A stretch of DNA of 64,000 nucleotides. It comes from Rebecca billardiae RCC1528 (Eukaryota > Protista > Haptophyta). Within the stretch, counting starts at the first letter, position 1. Each line of letters starts with the position of its first letter. Shown piece by piece: positions 45,760 through 57,200 of this stretch. The notes under the pieces were generated by a model. That model had not been told where the DNA came from and ran no database searches. It was given only the letters and a program-made list of their open reading frames with translations. The stretch covers positions 1,736,001-1,800,000 of the forward strand of contig OZ251233.1 in NCBI GenBank assembly GCA_965240325.2, written 5' to 3'. A program made the position numbers and the translations under genes.

Positions 45760-46757
45760 ATGGGGTCCTCGACGCAGCCACCGTCGATCCTGGGCGACCT
45801 GAAGGCGGTGGGCGTCGAGCCGCTGCACCTCGCGGTCGCCATCAGCGTTGTCGGCGCCACGCTGCTCATGTACTCGCTCTTCGCAAAGCCCAGGGGCCGC
45901 GCGGTCCTCACCTACTTTGAGGGCCATGGGCGCGCGGAGGAGATCAAAATGATGCTGAGCGTGTGCGGCGTGCCGTGGACAGACAGGGTGTACGGCGACG
46001 GCGACGGGGCGAAATACATCACGACGGAGGCGCAGATGCGCAAGATCATGGCCGCGGGCGTGCTCGCCATGGAGCAGCTACCCCTCCTCGAGCTCGACGG
46101 GCTTCACCTCGTGCAGCAGGCGGCCATCCTGCGCTACCTCGCGCGCCGGCACGGGCTGTACGGCCGGTGCCACGCAGACGCGGCGAAGATCGACATCCTC
46201 GCCGACTCGATCGCAGACTGGGCCCCTGTCGCCGCCGTCATCAAGGGCACCGACCCCGGCCACGCGAAATGTGCGCGTGCGCACGCCGTTGCAACCCGCG
46301 CCGAGCGCCCAAGGGGGCGACCACCAGCCGCGCGCGCCATCTCCTGCTGCGCGGTGCGCGTGAGCTCACGCGCGGCGCCTGCGCGTGCGCCGCGCGCTGG
46401 CCGCGCACAGACCTCGCCCGCTTCGACCGTGCGCTGCGCTCCAACGACGAGGGGCCGTTCCTCGTCGGCAGCGAGCTCTCGTTTGTGGACATCCAGCTCT
46501 TCCAAGCCCTCACGCAGCTGGCGAACGCGGGCGTGGTCGACCTCAAGGCGAAGTGGCCCGAGCTCGAGGCGTACAGGCAGCGCATCGCGCAGCTGCCACC
46601 TGTCGCGGAGTACTTGGCGTCTGGGCGGCAGCTGCCGTTCCCCGGGCGCGGCGGCAAGGCCAAGTTCATCGCCGACGTGGCGAAGGTGATCCCGTGGGTG
46701 TTTGGCAAGGGGGGGCAGCCCGAGCTGCTGTGCGACGTGTGGCACTTCAAAAAGTGA
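45760..46757 (+). CDS. Glutathione S-transferase (Tyr-type) with N-terminal TM segment (intron 46271-46410)
   Basis: LTYFEGHGRAEEIK, QLPLLELDG, QQAAILRYLAR and FLVGSELSFVDI motifs. Confidence 0.9.
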
Positions 46758-47405
46758 ATCGCGAGCGCCGCGGGCTTCGCAGCTTCCGCCTCGCCGGCTG
46801 GCACGCGGCCGCGGCTGCAACCCATTGGCTGAAAACGCCACCGAGGCTGCCAAGCAGAGGCTGCCCGTGGAGCTGCTTGGGGCTGCGCCCGCGCGCATGC
46901 TATGCCATACTATGGCAAGCCCACTGTGCACAGTGCGCCCCACTCAGACTTTGACAGGGGGTCCGCCCGTCGGTCGGCCTCGGTCTGAGTCTCGGAACAG
47001 AGTCGGAACTCACGACTTCTTCACTCGCGACTACTCACGAGTCACGGGCGCCGACGGCCGAGCGCCGCACGAGGCCGAGCGCCCGAGCGGGTCAGCAATG
47101 GCTGGCACGGAGCCTGGCAGCCTGCGTCTGCGACTCGCAAGTGCGACTCACGGCTGCCGGCCTGCATGCGCCGGGCTACCGACCGACACGGTCACGCTCA
47201 CGGCGGCGCCGACACAGACAGGCGGACACTCGCGGGAGTCGCGGGTCACAGCTCCCGGGCCAGGCGGCCCGGCTGCCGACGCCGCCGTGACTACTGACTA
47301 TAGCTAGTTGGCGAATGGCGGCGCAGATTCTCTGACAGCTACGATACGCGCCACGATATTATATGACTGATCATCAGCCCCAGCCATCATCAGCCCCAGG
47401 CAGCG

Positions 47406-49445
47406 CTACGTCTGGAACAGCCGCATCTCAAGAAGCTCGTGGCACGCATGCAGGGTGTCGACGGCCGGGGCCGCGCCCGCCGCGTGGCGCACCGCCTCGC
47501 ACAGCTGCTCATCGGACGGAAGAGCGCCTGTCCCCAGGCTGCCTGCGGGCACATGGAGATCGCGGCTGCTGCCACGCGCGGCCGCCGCCGCCTCCGCCGC
47601 CACCACGCCCTCCGCTGCGGCGGCGGCCAGCTGCTGCAGCACTGCGACGCTCTGCAACGGGCCAATCAGGTCGAGTCGGATGGCCGCCGAGATTGCATCT
47701 CGCGCGCCGGTGTAAGCGAAGGCATGGACGGCCGCGTCTCGAGGAAGTCCGAGCGCGGCGGCGAGCACGCCCACGACGGTGGCCGCGTGGCCGTCGCTCA
47801 GCCTGGCGAGCAGCGCCGCCGCCGCGCGGGCGCCGGGTGCGTGCAGCGCGTCGGCTTGGCCAGGTGCCCGCGCCCATGCGGCGCCGACGCGGGCGAGGGC
47901 GGCACCCTGCGACAGCGATGCGCGCGTGGCCGCTGGGCAGCCGGCAAGGAGCGCACCGAGCTCACGGTCGAGCACGCGCCACGCGCGCTCGAGCGGCTCC
48001 GCGTCCTCCGCGGAGTCCACCCCCGCGGCCACGCACACGAGCGCGTGCGCGGCGGAGACGAACGGCGCGTGCAGCCTGGCGTTGGAGCGCGCAGCCGCGG
48101 CGACCGCGCGCACGACCGCAGCGCCGCCGTCGTTGCGCGAGCGGAGCGCGAGCTGCGCGACCGCCTCCAGCCCGGCCGAATGCGCGAAGCCGCCGGTGGG
48201 GAGGCACGAGTCCGTCAGCATGCTCAGCCGCCACTGCGCCTCGGGCGCGAGCATCGTTGGCGCCGCGGCTTGGATCGGCCCAGCTGTGCCCTGCGCACCG
48301 GACGACTCGAAGCTCGAGGTGGCGCCCGCCGCGCGCGAAGCGCGCGAGGGGCCCTGAGGGGCGTCGGCATCTGAGTGCGCTGGCGCCGTGCTCGTGCTGT
48401 GGAGCCGGTCGGAGTACGGCACGCCGCCGAGCTGCTCGCGTAGACTGCCCAGGCAACCGTGCAGCACCCGGCACACGTCCTCGTTGTGCGCGCCGACTAG
48501 CCGGACGACGAGGGCTTGCTGTGCGGGCGCGAGCGCGTCTGCGCGGCCGCACTCAACGATGCCAATCCCGACGTGCACGTGCCCACTCAGGCCGGCGAGC
48601 GCGGCGAGGACACGCTCTTCGTCCGCCGCGGCGTGCGTGCACTTGGCCACGGGCGGCGCTGCCCGCGCGCGCGCGTGCTTCGCCGCGAGCGCGTGGGCCG
48701 CGCACGCGAATGCGCGCGCGACGCGCTCGGCGCGCGGGCCGGTCACGAGCACCGACGCACACGCGTCCAGCGGCGCGCGGCCAAAGCCGAAGCCGAAAGG
48801 GTCGGGGCCGCGCGCGTGGCGGCAGCCGTCGAGCGCGATTGCCTCGACAACATCGGCCGTCGACCCCGCGGCTGGCGGCGGCGGGAGCGAGAGCGTGCCG
48901 ATGCGCTCGCGCTCCGTGGCCTCGGCGGCCTCTGCGCGCGCGTTGAACGCTTGCGAGGAGAGCACGCGGAGCTCAGAGCGCGAGCTCAGGCTTCTGAACG
49001 CCCAGCGCTCGCCGTTGGCGGCACGCCCCGCGCTGAACCAGTCAATGAGCACCGCCGACGAGCCGTGCTCGAGCTCGAAGCACTGCGCCTGCGCATACGC
49101 CGCGTCCTCGAACGGAACAATCGGGTCTGGGGCGAGGACGAGCAGCGCGTCGCGTGCGACACGCGCGTGGAGGCGCTGCTCGCTCGGTGGGCCCCGCGTG
49201 CGATACACCTTGGTCGAGCTCTGCGTGAAGAGACAGAGCGACGCAGCCTCGCCGACCGCGACGTCCACATCGATCTTGTCGCCGCCAAGCAGGCCGCCGC
49301 CGAGCGAGCCGAGTGCGCACCACGCCGCACCCGCATCCTCGGCGGACGATGGCCGCATGGGCAGCAGCCGCATCGGGGCGCGATGCGCGATGCGCGTGAG
49401 GGCCGTGCGGCCGGCGCTGAGCTTTGCCGAGATCGCCGCCGCCAT
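47406..49445 (-). CDS. ureD-ureF: Urease accessory protein, UreD-UreF fusion
   Basis: UreD half: GGGLLGGD, TQSSTKVY, PDPIVPF, GRAANGERW. UreF half: DSCLPTGGFAHSAGLEA, ISAAIRL..IGP, C-terminal HELLEMRLFQT. One uninterrupted ORF. Confidence 0.9.
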   Translation of the reverse strand: MAAAISAKLSAGRTALTRIAHRAPMRLLPMRPSSAEDAGAAWCALGSLGGGLLGGDKIDVDVAVGEAASLCLFTQSSTKVYRTRGPPSEQRLHARVARDALLVLAPDPIVPFEDAAYAQAQCFELEHGSSAVLIDWFSAGRAANGERWAFRSLSSRSELRVLSSQAFNARAEAAEATERERIGTLSLPPPPAAGSTADVVEAIALDGCRHARGPDPFGFGFGRAPLDACASVLVTGPRAERVARAFACAAHALAAKHARARAAPPVAKCTHAAADEERVLAALAGLSGHVHVGIGIVECGRADALAPAQQALVVRLVGAHNEDVCRVLHGCLGSLREQLGGVPYSDRLHSTSTAPAHSDADAPQGPSRASRAAGATSSFESSGAQGTAGPIQAAAPTMLAPEAQWRLSMLTDSCLPTGGFAHSAGLEAVAQLALRSRNDGGAAVVRAVAAAARSNARLHAPFVSAAHALVCVAAGVDSAEDAEPLERAWRVLDRELGALLAGCPAATRASLSQGAALARVGAAWARAPGQADALHAPGARAAAALLARLSDGHAATVVGVLAAALGLPRDAAVHAFAYTGARDAISAAIRLDLIGPLQSVAVLQQLAAAAAEGVVAAEAAAAARGSSRDLHVPAGSLGTGALPSDEQLCEAVRHAAGAAPAVDTLHACHELLEMRLFQT

Positions 49446-49917
49446 CCCAACACCACGCGGTGGTCAGGTGCACCGCGCTGTCGAGCACGAGTTCACGATC
49501 CGCACGACGCACGCACCGTGGCACCGGCAGGCATGGCGAGAGCGGAGGTCGTCCGGCCGCCTGCCGAATCCGGTGCTCGTGGTCTGAGATCAGGCGTTTG
49601 AGCGGCGGTTGGTCGCAGGATATCTCTTGATCAGCCGAGCGACCGAGCGGGAGAGCCGACGACACTGGGCGCTGGAGGCTGCCTCCTCGAGCCGCATGCA
49701 GTCCGCCGCGGGCCCACGGCTGGGCAAGCGTCCGCGCGCCAAGCTGCCGAGCGGGCGCGATGCCGAGCGCTACAGGAAGATCGGCCTCTCCGTCAGCAAG
49801 CCGGTAAAGCAGACCCACGAGCTGGCCGCGCCGCGCATGTGCGCGCCGCTCGTCGCGCGCCGCCAGAAGCCATCTGCCAGGCGGTTCGGACAGCTGCCGT
49901 CATCCAGACCATCGGCG

Positions 49918-52602
49918 ATGGCCTCGCTGCAGGAGATCCAGAAGAGTTTGTGGATGCCTCTCTTCGACGCGCGCGCAAGCGCGCTGAACGCTCGTCTGCG
50001 CATGCCGAGCTTCCCCGCATGCGCCCAGCAGTTCACAGAGCTGCAACAGCTCGTCATCGAACCATCGTGCCAGCATCGCGACGAGTTCGAGCTGTGCAGC
50101 GATTGCTTCGTCCACGACGCACCACCAGCGCCTCGCCCACCTGTGCGCATCCGCGCACTTCCGCGCCTGCCGACGCTCGAGCTCAACGAGATTCGCTCAC
50201 AACTTGCCGCCGAGCGCTTGCCAAGCACGGCCGCTGCGGCCGTCAAAGCCACGTCGGCACGCTTCCCTGACGGCGACGAGACGCGCGAACTCGCCGTGGA
50301 CGTTGTGGACGAGTACATTCTTTCCAACCCGTCGATTGGAGCCGACGAGGCCTTCGAAAAGGGCCTGATGTCTATCTTCCCACTGCCGGCAAACTTTGCG
50401 CGACCCCCCTCCGCGCCGATCGCGCTGCCGCCGGTGAGTGTGCTCAGTCGGCACCTCTTCGTCCCGTTGACCGCGCTCGAGCGCAGCAAGGTCGCGCTCG
50501 CTCTCGGTGCGGCCGTTCCGTCGCGCTCGCCCGGCGCCTCGCTGAGCCCGGGCGACGATGCGCGCAGCGCGCTGCCCACGGGCCCAAGCAGCTGGCAGGG
50601 AGCCAACCTCTGGTGGCTGTCAGCCACGAAGGACCTCGACTCAGCCGCGCTCGCTCGCTCGGAGCGGGCGCTCGAGCCCGCGCCTCTCGTCGATGCATGC
50701 CCCAAAGCATCGCTGCGCCCCGCGACTTTGCTCATCGCCTCCAAGTGGGAGCTCGGCGCACTCTCAGCCCAGCTCGGCCCAGCCGCGCCGCCACCCCGCG
50801 CCGTCGCGCGGGCGCGCGAGCAGCTGGAGCTGATGATGAGCGAGGAGACGCGCTTGCCTTCAATCACGCGGCGCGGTGCGCTGCCCGAGCTCGTGCTCGA
50901 CGAGCTGCCGCGGCCCGCCCGGCTGCCCATGCCCAAGCGCATCGCCTACTCGCGCGAGGCGGAGCCGCGCTGCCTCGCAGAGGTGGCGTGCCTCGCAGCA
51001 GCACGTTCGCGCGTGCTCGACGTCGTCGTGCGCGGCGGCGAGCGGCGAGCGGCCCCCGCGCTCCCGCTGCCGCCTGCTGCCCCTCGCAGTGTGACGGGCA
51101 TCGCCGCAAGCACGCTGGATGGCTGGCCTGCCCTCGCGCTGGACCTGCTCCCCGACGCGGCCTGCGAATCCGCGAGCGCGCTCGCCATCGCCGCCGACAG
51201 CGGCGACGCGCTCTGCACGGTCTCACCGCTCGGGTCGCCATCGCGCATGTCCGCAGATGCACCCGCCAGCGGGCTGGGGGCGCCGGAGCCTTGGCCGAGC
51301 GCGCCGTACGTGGAGAGTGCGGGTCCTGCCGAGACGGGCGAGCTGGGGGCGCCGGAGTCGACGCCGCCACCACTGGGCTCGTCCAGCCGAAGGCCGGCGG
51401 AGCTTGTCTACCTCTCGTGGCCAGCTGCCGACCATCTCGACGCGGCGGTGGTCGATCTGACCGCGGACGACCCGCCGCCCACGCCGATGACCGACACACA
51501 AGTCCGCGAGGAGGGTGGCAGCACGGCGGATCGGCTGGCTGTGTCGGCGCGCGGCGTGCCTGCTACCACCGGCGGCGCGTGCGCGCGTGCGGCTCGAGCG
51601 CGAGGGCCATACTCGGGACACGCGTCTGTCCAGTCGCCTGCCACCACCCACGGCGCGCCGCCGGCAGCGCCGGAAGGTGGTGCGATGCCGCAGGAGGACA
51701 TGATTGCGCGCTTCATGCGAATGCGCGGTCTGGCAGCAGAGACGCCCACGCTTGGGGCAGTGGAGCCCGAGCCGATCGCCAAGTGCGACGCGGGCCCTGC
51801 CGAGCCAAGCGCGCCGCCCGAGCACGCACGCAGCCTCCTCGAGCCCGAGCAGCGCGCGCCGCCCGCTCCGCATCACGAAGCCATGGAAGTGCTCGAGCCT
51901 CCAAGCGCGGGCGAGCTTCGTTCGCTGTGCGTGGGCGACAGGGCGCTGCAGAGCGCGGCCACGATCCTCGTTGCGCTCCGTGCGCACTTCACGTTCGTCG
52001 AGCGCGACTTCCAGAGCCCCTGCCTCTGCGTGAGCACACACGCCGCTGCGATCATCATTCCATCTGGCTTCGTCACAGAGACGCAGCAGCGGTACAATCT
52101 CATGCTCGAGCTGAACGGGCTGCGCTCGTCATACGACCGCTGCTATCTGCTCGTGTGCGATACGGGCGTGGCCGGTGCCGCGCCCAACAGTGCGGAGCTC
52201 GCCCGTGCGCTCGCGCAGATCGCACTCGCTGCGCGTTCGCTGTCCTTCGCACTTGTCCCGCTCGTCGTCGACAGCGCGGACGCGGCCGTCGATGCGCTGC
52301 TCGGAGTGCATGCGCGCGAGCGCGAGCTCGGCGCCAAGTTCATGCCGGTGGTGCGCGAGACAGCTCTGGAGCGCGTACTCTGCACGTTCTTCAACCCAGC
52401 CGCGGCCGCATCACTGATGAGCCACGACTTCGCGCCCCTCGGCCAAGGCGCGCATGGCCAGGGCCAAGGCCTCGCCTGGTTTCTTCGTCTGAGCTTCAAG
52501 CGCCAGCGCGAGCTCTGCCCGTGGCTGCACCCTGCTGGCTTGCAGACACTCCAGCTCTGGGCGGCCTCGTTCTCGTTCACGTTGTCGGACGACGACGAGT
52601 GA
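49918..52602 (+). CDS. SHOC1/Zip2-like protein with C-terminal XPF/ERCC4-like and HhH region
   Basis: C-terminal FVERDF...HAAAIII...LRSSYDRCYLLV...ERVLCTFFNPAAAASLM...LAWFL...RELCPWL resembles the SHOC1 C-terminus as I recall it. The start is uncertain. Confidence 0.55.
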   Translation: MASLQEIQKSLWMPLFDARASALNARLRMPSFPACAQQFTELQQLVIEPSCQHRDEFELCSDCFVHDAPPAPRPPVRIRALPRLPTLELNEIRSQLAAERLPSTAAAAVKATSARFPDGDETRELAVDVVDEYILSNPSIGADEAFEKGLMSIFPLPANFARPPSAPIALPPVSVLSRHLFVPLTALERSKVALALGAAVPSRSPGASLSPGDDARSALPTGPSSWQGANLWWLSATKDLDSAALARSERALEPAPLVDACPKASLRPATLLIASKWELGALSAQLGPAAPPPRAVARAREQLELMMSEETRLPSITRRGALPELVLDELPRPARLPMPKRIAYSREAEPRCLAEVACLAAARSRVLDVVVRGGERRAAPALPLPPAAPRSVTGIAASTLDGWPALALDLLPDAACESASALAIAADSGDALCTVSPLGSPSRMSADAPASGLGAPEPWPSAPYVESAGPAETGELGAPESTPPPLGSSSRRPAELVYLSWPAADHLDAAVVDLTADDPPPTPMTDTQVREEGGSTADRLAVSARGVPATTGGACARAARARGPYSGHASVQSPATTHGAPPAAPEGGAMPQEDMIARFMRMRGLAAETPTLGAVEPEPIAKCDAGPAEPSAPPEHARSLLEPEQRAPPAPHHEAMEVLEPPSAGELRSLCVGDRALQSAATILVALRAHFTFVERDFQSPCLCVSTHAAAIIIPSGFVTETQQRYNLMLELNGLRSSYDRCYLLVCDTGVAGAAPNSAELARALAQIALAARSLSFALVPLVVDSADAAVDALLGVHARERELGAKFMPVVRETALERVLCTFFNPAAAASLMSHDFAPLGQGAHGQGQGLAWFLRLSFKRQRELCPWLHPAGLQTLQLWAASFSFTLSDDDE

Positions 52603-52983
52603 TCCATCAAGTCGTACTGTAGCAGCCGTATACAGCGGCGCGGCTGCTATCGACTACTGCGCTATCCATATATGTATCGTCGATCGTCCTGCTGCCTGCA
52701 AGTAGTACGCGACGACGCTGTCATGATGTCGGTCGTCGTCATCAGTCAACGGCTGCTGTCGAAATGGTCGTCGAAGTGTCGTCATCCCCGATTTCTCCGC
52801 CGGGGCGGCCCACGGGCCACAGCGGTCATCAGCACAAGTGCGACTGCGGAGAAGTAGTACTCCGCAGCAGCGGCGAGCATGGAACAAGCCCAATAGGCCA
52901 ATAGCCAATATGCCTGTGGCACGCGCCTCGCGCCCTGCAACTCCGCAGAGGCTGCGCAGCCCGGCGTAGCAGCCCTCCCACTG

Positions 52984-53583
52984 TCAGAGTAGCTTCACTC
53001 CCAGCTCCTCGTCCTCGTGCGGCAGCCGGCCGTCACCCGCACCGCCAAAGGTTTGCGCGCGCCCCTGCCGTACAAGCTCTTCCACGACCGCACCTACGAG
53101 CTCGGGGGCAAGCCCATCGAGAGCTGTCCCGCCGAGCGCGCCGCCTGCAGACAGCAGCTCGTGCATAGTGAAGACAGCAGCACCGCCGACAGCACCTGCA
53201 CGCAGCGCACCGTGTGCCTCGTCGGCCCACTGCGAGAGCGGCCGCCAGAGCACGAGGATGCGCGCGTCGTCCACGCCGGCGGCGCCCTTGCCCTTCACCC
53301 ACTGCGCGCGGCCCCCGCTCACAAGCGCATCCGCCACGGCACGCCGCCCTTCTGCGTCCAGCGCGCGGCCAATGGCCGGGTTGGCAAACGGCGTGCTTTT
53401 GCCTGATGGGCCGCCGAGCTCGAGGACAGCGGCACGCGCGCGCTCGCAGTGCGCGACGATCAGCTGCGACCAGAGCTCGAGCTGCGTCGCGCGCGTCGCC
53501 GCGACCGGCTGTAATGTGAAGAACGGCGGCAGGCCAAACTGAGGAGGGAAGCCCTCAGGCACGACGTCGCGCGCCGCCGCCAT
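52984..53583 (-). CDS. VPS25: ESCRT-II subunit VPS25
   Basis: FPPQFGLPPFFTLQP, QLELW, FANPAIGRAL, WRPLSQWA and terminal GVKLL motifs. Confidence 0.9.
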   Translation of the reverse strand: MAAARDVVPEGFPPQFGLPPFFTLQPVAATRATQLELWSQLIVAHCERARAAVLELGGPSGKSTPFANPAIGRALDAEGRRAVADALVSGGRAQWVKGKGAAGVDDARILVLWRPLSQWADEAHGALRAGAVGGAAVFTMHELLSAGGALGGTALDGLAPELVGAVVEELVRQGRAQTFGGAGDGRLPHEDEELGVKLL

Positions 53584-54264
53584 CGTCACGCTACTTGCAG
53601 GCAGAACAAAGTCAGCAGTCCGTTTTACGACCGCCATTTTTACTGCCGGCGGATTTTGCATTTTTTGCCAGCATCAGAGACAGAGTGAGGAGAGAGATCG
53701 CTGCGCGCGGTGCCAGTCGCCACGGTAGCAGTCGGCTGCGTGACTGCGTCGGCGTCTGGTCGTAGTCCAAAACACGTCATACTTGTAGTATCAACTGCTA
53801 CTACGACTACTGCTGATCATCATGACTATATATACTCAAGCGCGCGCGCGCGATGATCACCCGACCAGCGCCGTCGCCGACGACAAACAAACTTGTCCCC
53901 ATGTCAAAAACCTCGCATCAGTCACTCAGGCTCCCGCCTGCACCGGTCACGCTCGCCACGATCACTGGGCCTGGGGCCCACGGCCACGCGACGGAGCCAT
54001 CGCCCAGGCATCGGGCGGGCATCAGGCCCATCGGCGGCAGCCGCCAGCGCCGATATATGACTCCAAGTAGTCCGCCGCCAATGCACGCCAGCACGCATCC
54101 TGAGCGAGTGAGCGCAATCGCTGCTTTCGGCCTTTCGTCATCCTGGGAGCCCGCGTCGAGCGGCCACGCTTGGACGAGTTGCGCGGTGTCGTTGCCAATT
54201 CAGTCGGAGTAGGAGGACTGTCGACTCGTTCGTCCTCGATCGCCCTCCGCGCCTCGGCGGCTGC

Positions 54265-57200
54265 CTACTTGAACGGCGCGAGTCGCGAGCGGTGCGCATT
54301 CGCGACCTGCGCCCGGCCCGGCCCCTGGCGGCGCCGAGCGTCCTGGGCGCCAGGCAGCTTATGCAGCGCCAGGGGCGGCGGCTTGACAAGATTGATGTTG
54401 ACGGCACGGACGCCGCCACCGCTCACAGCTGTGCCCGCCGCGGGCTCGAAGGCCACCCCGGCGGCCCCGTGAGGCGTGTGCGCGCTGCTGCTGCGTGCGT
54501 GCTGCGCGGCCATCAGGTGCTCCGAGCTGCCGCGCCACGACGTGAGCTGCTGCCGCTCGCGCGCGCCCTCCGGTGCCGGCCTTGTCGGGGCGTGCTCCGC
54601 CGCCTGTGGCGCGGCGGCAGAGCGCGGGGCACGGGCACGGCGGCGCGTGAGCATGGCACATGCCGAGCGCGCGCGCGCGAGAGAGAGAGAGCGCGCGACG
54701 CGAGCGCAGACGCGCTGGGCGCGTACAGCGCTCCGGTGCAGCTGCGCTCGCTGCGCCATTCGGAACGAGGAGAAGGTCTCGATGCCGTCGAGGGGCGCGC
54801 CCGGTGCGGCGCCGGGCGCGCGGAGGCCGCCGGCCAACGCAGCGGCCGCGTCGCCGCCGTATGCGGCGCCACGGGGTTGGCGGTGCGGCACGGCGGACGC
54901 GGCAGCGGAGGAGGGGGGCAGAGGCTGCGGCGGCACCGCGCCGACCACAAAACCCGATGGCCCGACCGCCTGCACGCTGCCCGCGGCCGCTCGCACTGGG
55001 TCGGGGCCGTAGCGGGCGAGTGCAGCAGAGGTGCGCGCAGGCAGCGCGCGCGCCGCTCCGCCGCTGCCCGCCACCACTGCCGAGCGCGGGGGATCGGCAG
55101 AGCCGAGAGCGCTTCTCGGCGTCGTGCGCTTCTGCTGCGCGCGCGATGAGTCAAGCTCCGCGGCGCTCGGCTGCCGCGTGCCGCGGCGCTGGTGGTGTTC
55201 AGGAGTACACGAGGCCCAATGGGGAGAGGCCCAATGGGGAGAGGCCCAATGGGGAGGGAGGCACGCACCACGCGTGAGCGCGGCGCGCGGCGGGGCGGAA
55301 GAGCGCGGCGTGCGCGCGCGCGGTGTGAGTGAGCGCGCGGCGCACACCGGCTCGGACTGCGCGCCCGTCTCTGCGGCGTGGTGCGGGCGCGGAGTGCGCA
55401 TGGACGAGTTCACCTCCACGGCCAAGTCAGCGTGCTGAGTGTCGGCGTCCGTCGGGACGGTGAGTGGCGCGAGTGATGACACGAGGCGGTGCGGCGCGCG
55501 AGAGGCCGAGCCCTCAGCCTCGGCACCGCCGCCGCCGCGGCCGCTGCTGCTGCCGGCCTCCGCCGCCGGCGAAGCGGCGTCGTCGCCGGCGCGCGCTGGC
55601 GCCACGGGCTCGGCGGCACGGCCTTCGCCATCGGCCGAGTGCTGCCCATCAGCTGCGGCCGCGTCGTCACTCGGCGCGCCGCCGTCCGAGCCGCCCGGCC
55701 GCGCGGGCGAGTAGACGGTATCCAGAGGCGCACGCGGCGTGGGCAGGTGCGAGCCGCTCGCGCGGCGTGTCGCGTGCGCGGCCGCGCGCTGCGCGGCGGC
55801 GATCACCTGCGGCGCGGATGCGCCGCCCTTGGCCGCGGCCGCCGCCGCGTGCGCGGCGAGCGTGCGCGGCGTCGCGTCCGCGCGCTGCGGAGACGTCTGA
55901 CGCGTGGGCGCGCACGACTGCTCGGCAGAGGACGAGGAGGCGTGCCGCGCCGTGTCCGGGGGCGTGGCGTCGGGCGTCGGCGCGGCGTCCGCGGCGACGG
56001 CGGCCTCGGCGTGAGGGCTGGACGGCGTGCTCGCCGGCGCGAGCGCAGCGTGCGGCGCAGGCGACGCCGAGGGCAGAGACTTGCGACTGTGTGACGCCGG
56101 CGTCGCGCCCGCGCGCCCTCCTCCGGAGCGCCTCCCCGCGGTGGTGAGCGCGGGCGGACTGCCCGCCGCCGAGCCGTCGTCGAGGAACGAGCGCTCGGAG
56201 CGGCCGTCCTCGCTCTGCGCGTTCGGCACGTGCGCGCGCCAGCTCCCCGAGCCGAAGAGCCGCAGCCCGCCGCGCGCCTTGGCCACCGTCAGCTCGCGCT
56301 GCAGCGCCTCCGGGTCGAGAGTCGAGAGTGCGCTCACGAGGCCGTTGGGCAGCCGCGTGCTGAGGAGCAGCGTCGAGATGCGCTGCAGCTTGGAGTCCTG
56401 CTCGGCCTCGTGCGCGCGGAGGGCCTCGCGCGCGGCGGTGCGCTCGGCGTCGAGCTCGGCCGCGCGCGCCTTCGCGCCGTCGAGCTCCGCGCGCAGGCCG
56501 CGCTCGCGGATGCGCGCGCCCGCCGCCTCCTGCTTGAGGGTGTGCAGCTCCTGCGACAGCTCGCGCTTCTCAAGCACGCCGTTCACGTACTTGCTCTGCG
56601 CCTCGGCGAGCTGCGCGCTCGCGGCGGCGAGGGCCTCGTCGCGCTCGCCGATCGTCTGCCGCGCCTGCGCGAGCTCGGCGTTCTTCAGGTCGACCACCTT
56701 CGTGTGCCGCGTGTAGAGCATCTCGCGGCGTACGCGCTCGATGATCTCGTCAGCGTTTCGTCCGGAGAGCTCCTTCATGAACGCCTCCTTGCCCGACTCG
56801 AACTGCGCGACGAGGGCCTCGCGCTGCCGCTCGAGCTCGAGCGTGTGCTCCGACTGCAGCTTCGCCTGCTGCCGCTCGTACACCGCGCGCACGTCCGCAA
56901 CGGCGGACGCGCGCGCGCGGCGCGCGGTCTCCAGGCGCGCGTCCGCCTCTGCGCGCAGCTTGCGCACGAGATGGGCCTTCAGCCAGCGCTTGCCAGGCGA
57001 GAGCGGCGCGTGGGCGGCGCCCGGGCGGGGCGACGCGTCGAGCACGCCGCTCGACGCCCAGTCGTACACGGGCGACGGCGGGTCGACCTCGCCCGCCGCC
57101 ATCTTGCCCAGCAGCTCGCGCAGTAGGCCAGCCGCCTCCTTCCGCTGCTGCGACGGCATCGCGCCGTCGCGCTCGCCGAGCTCGCGCTGGAAGCGGGAGA

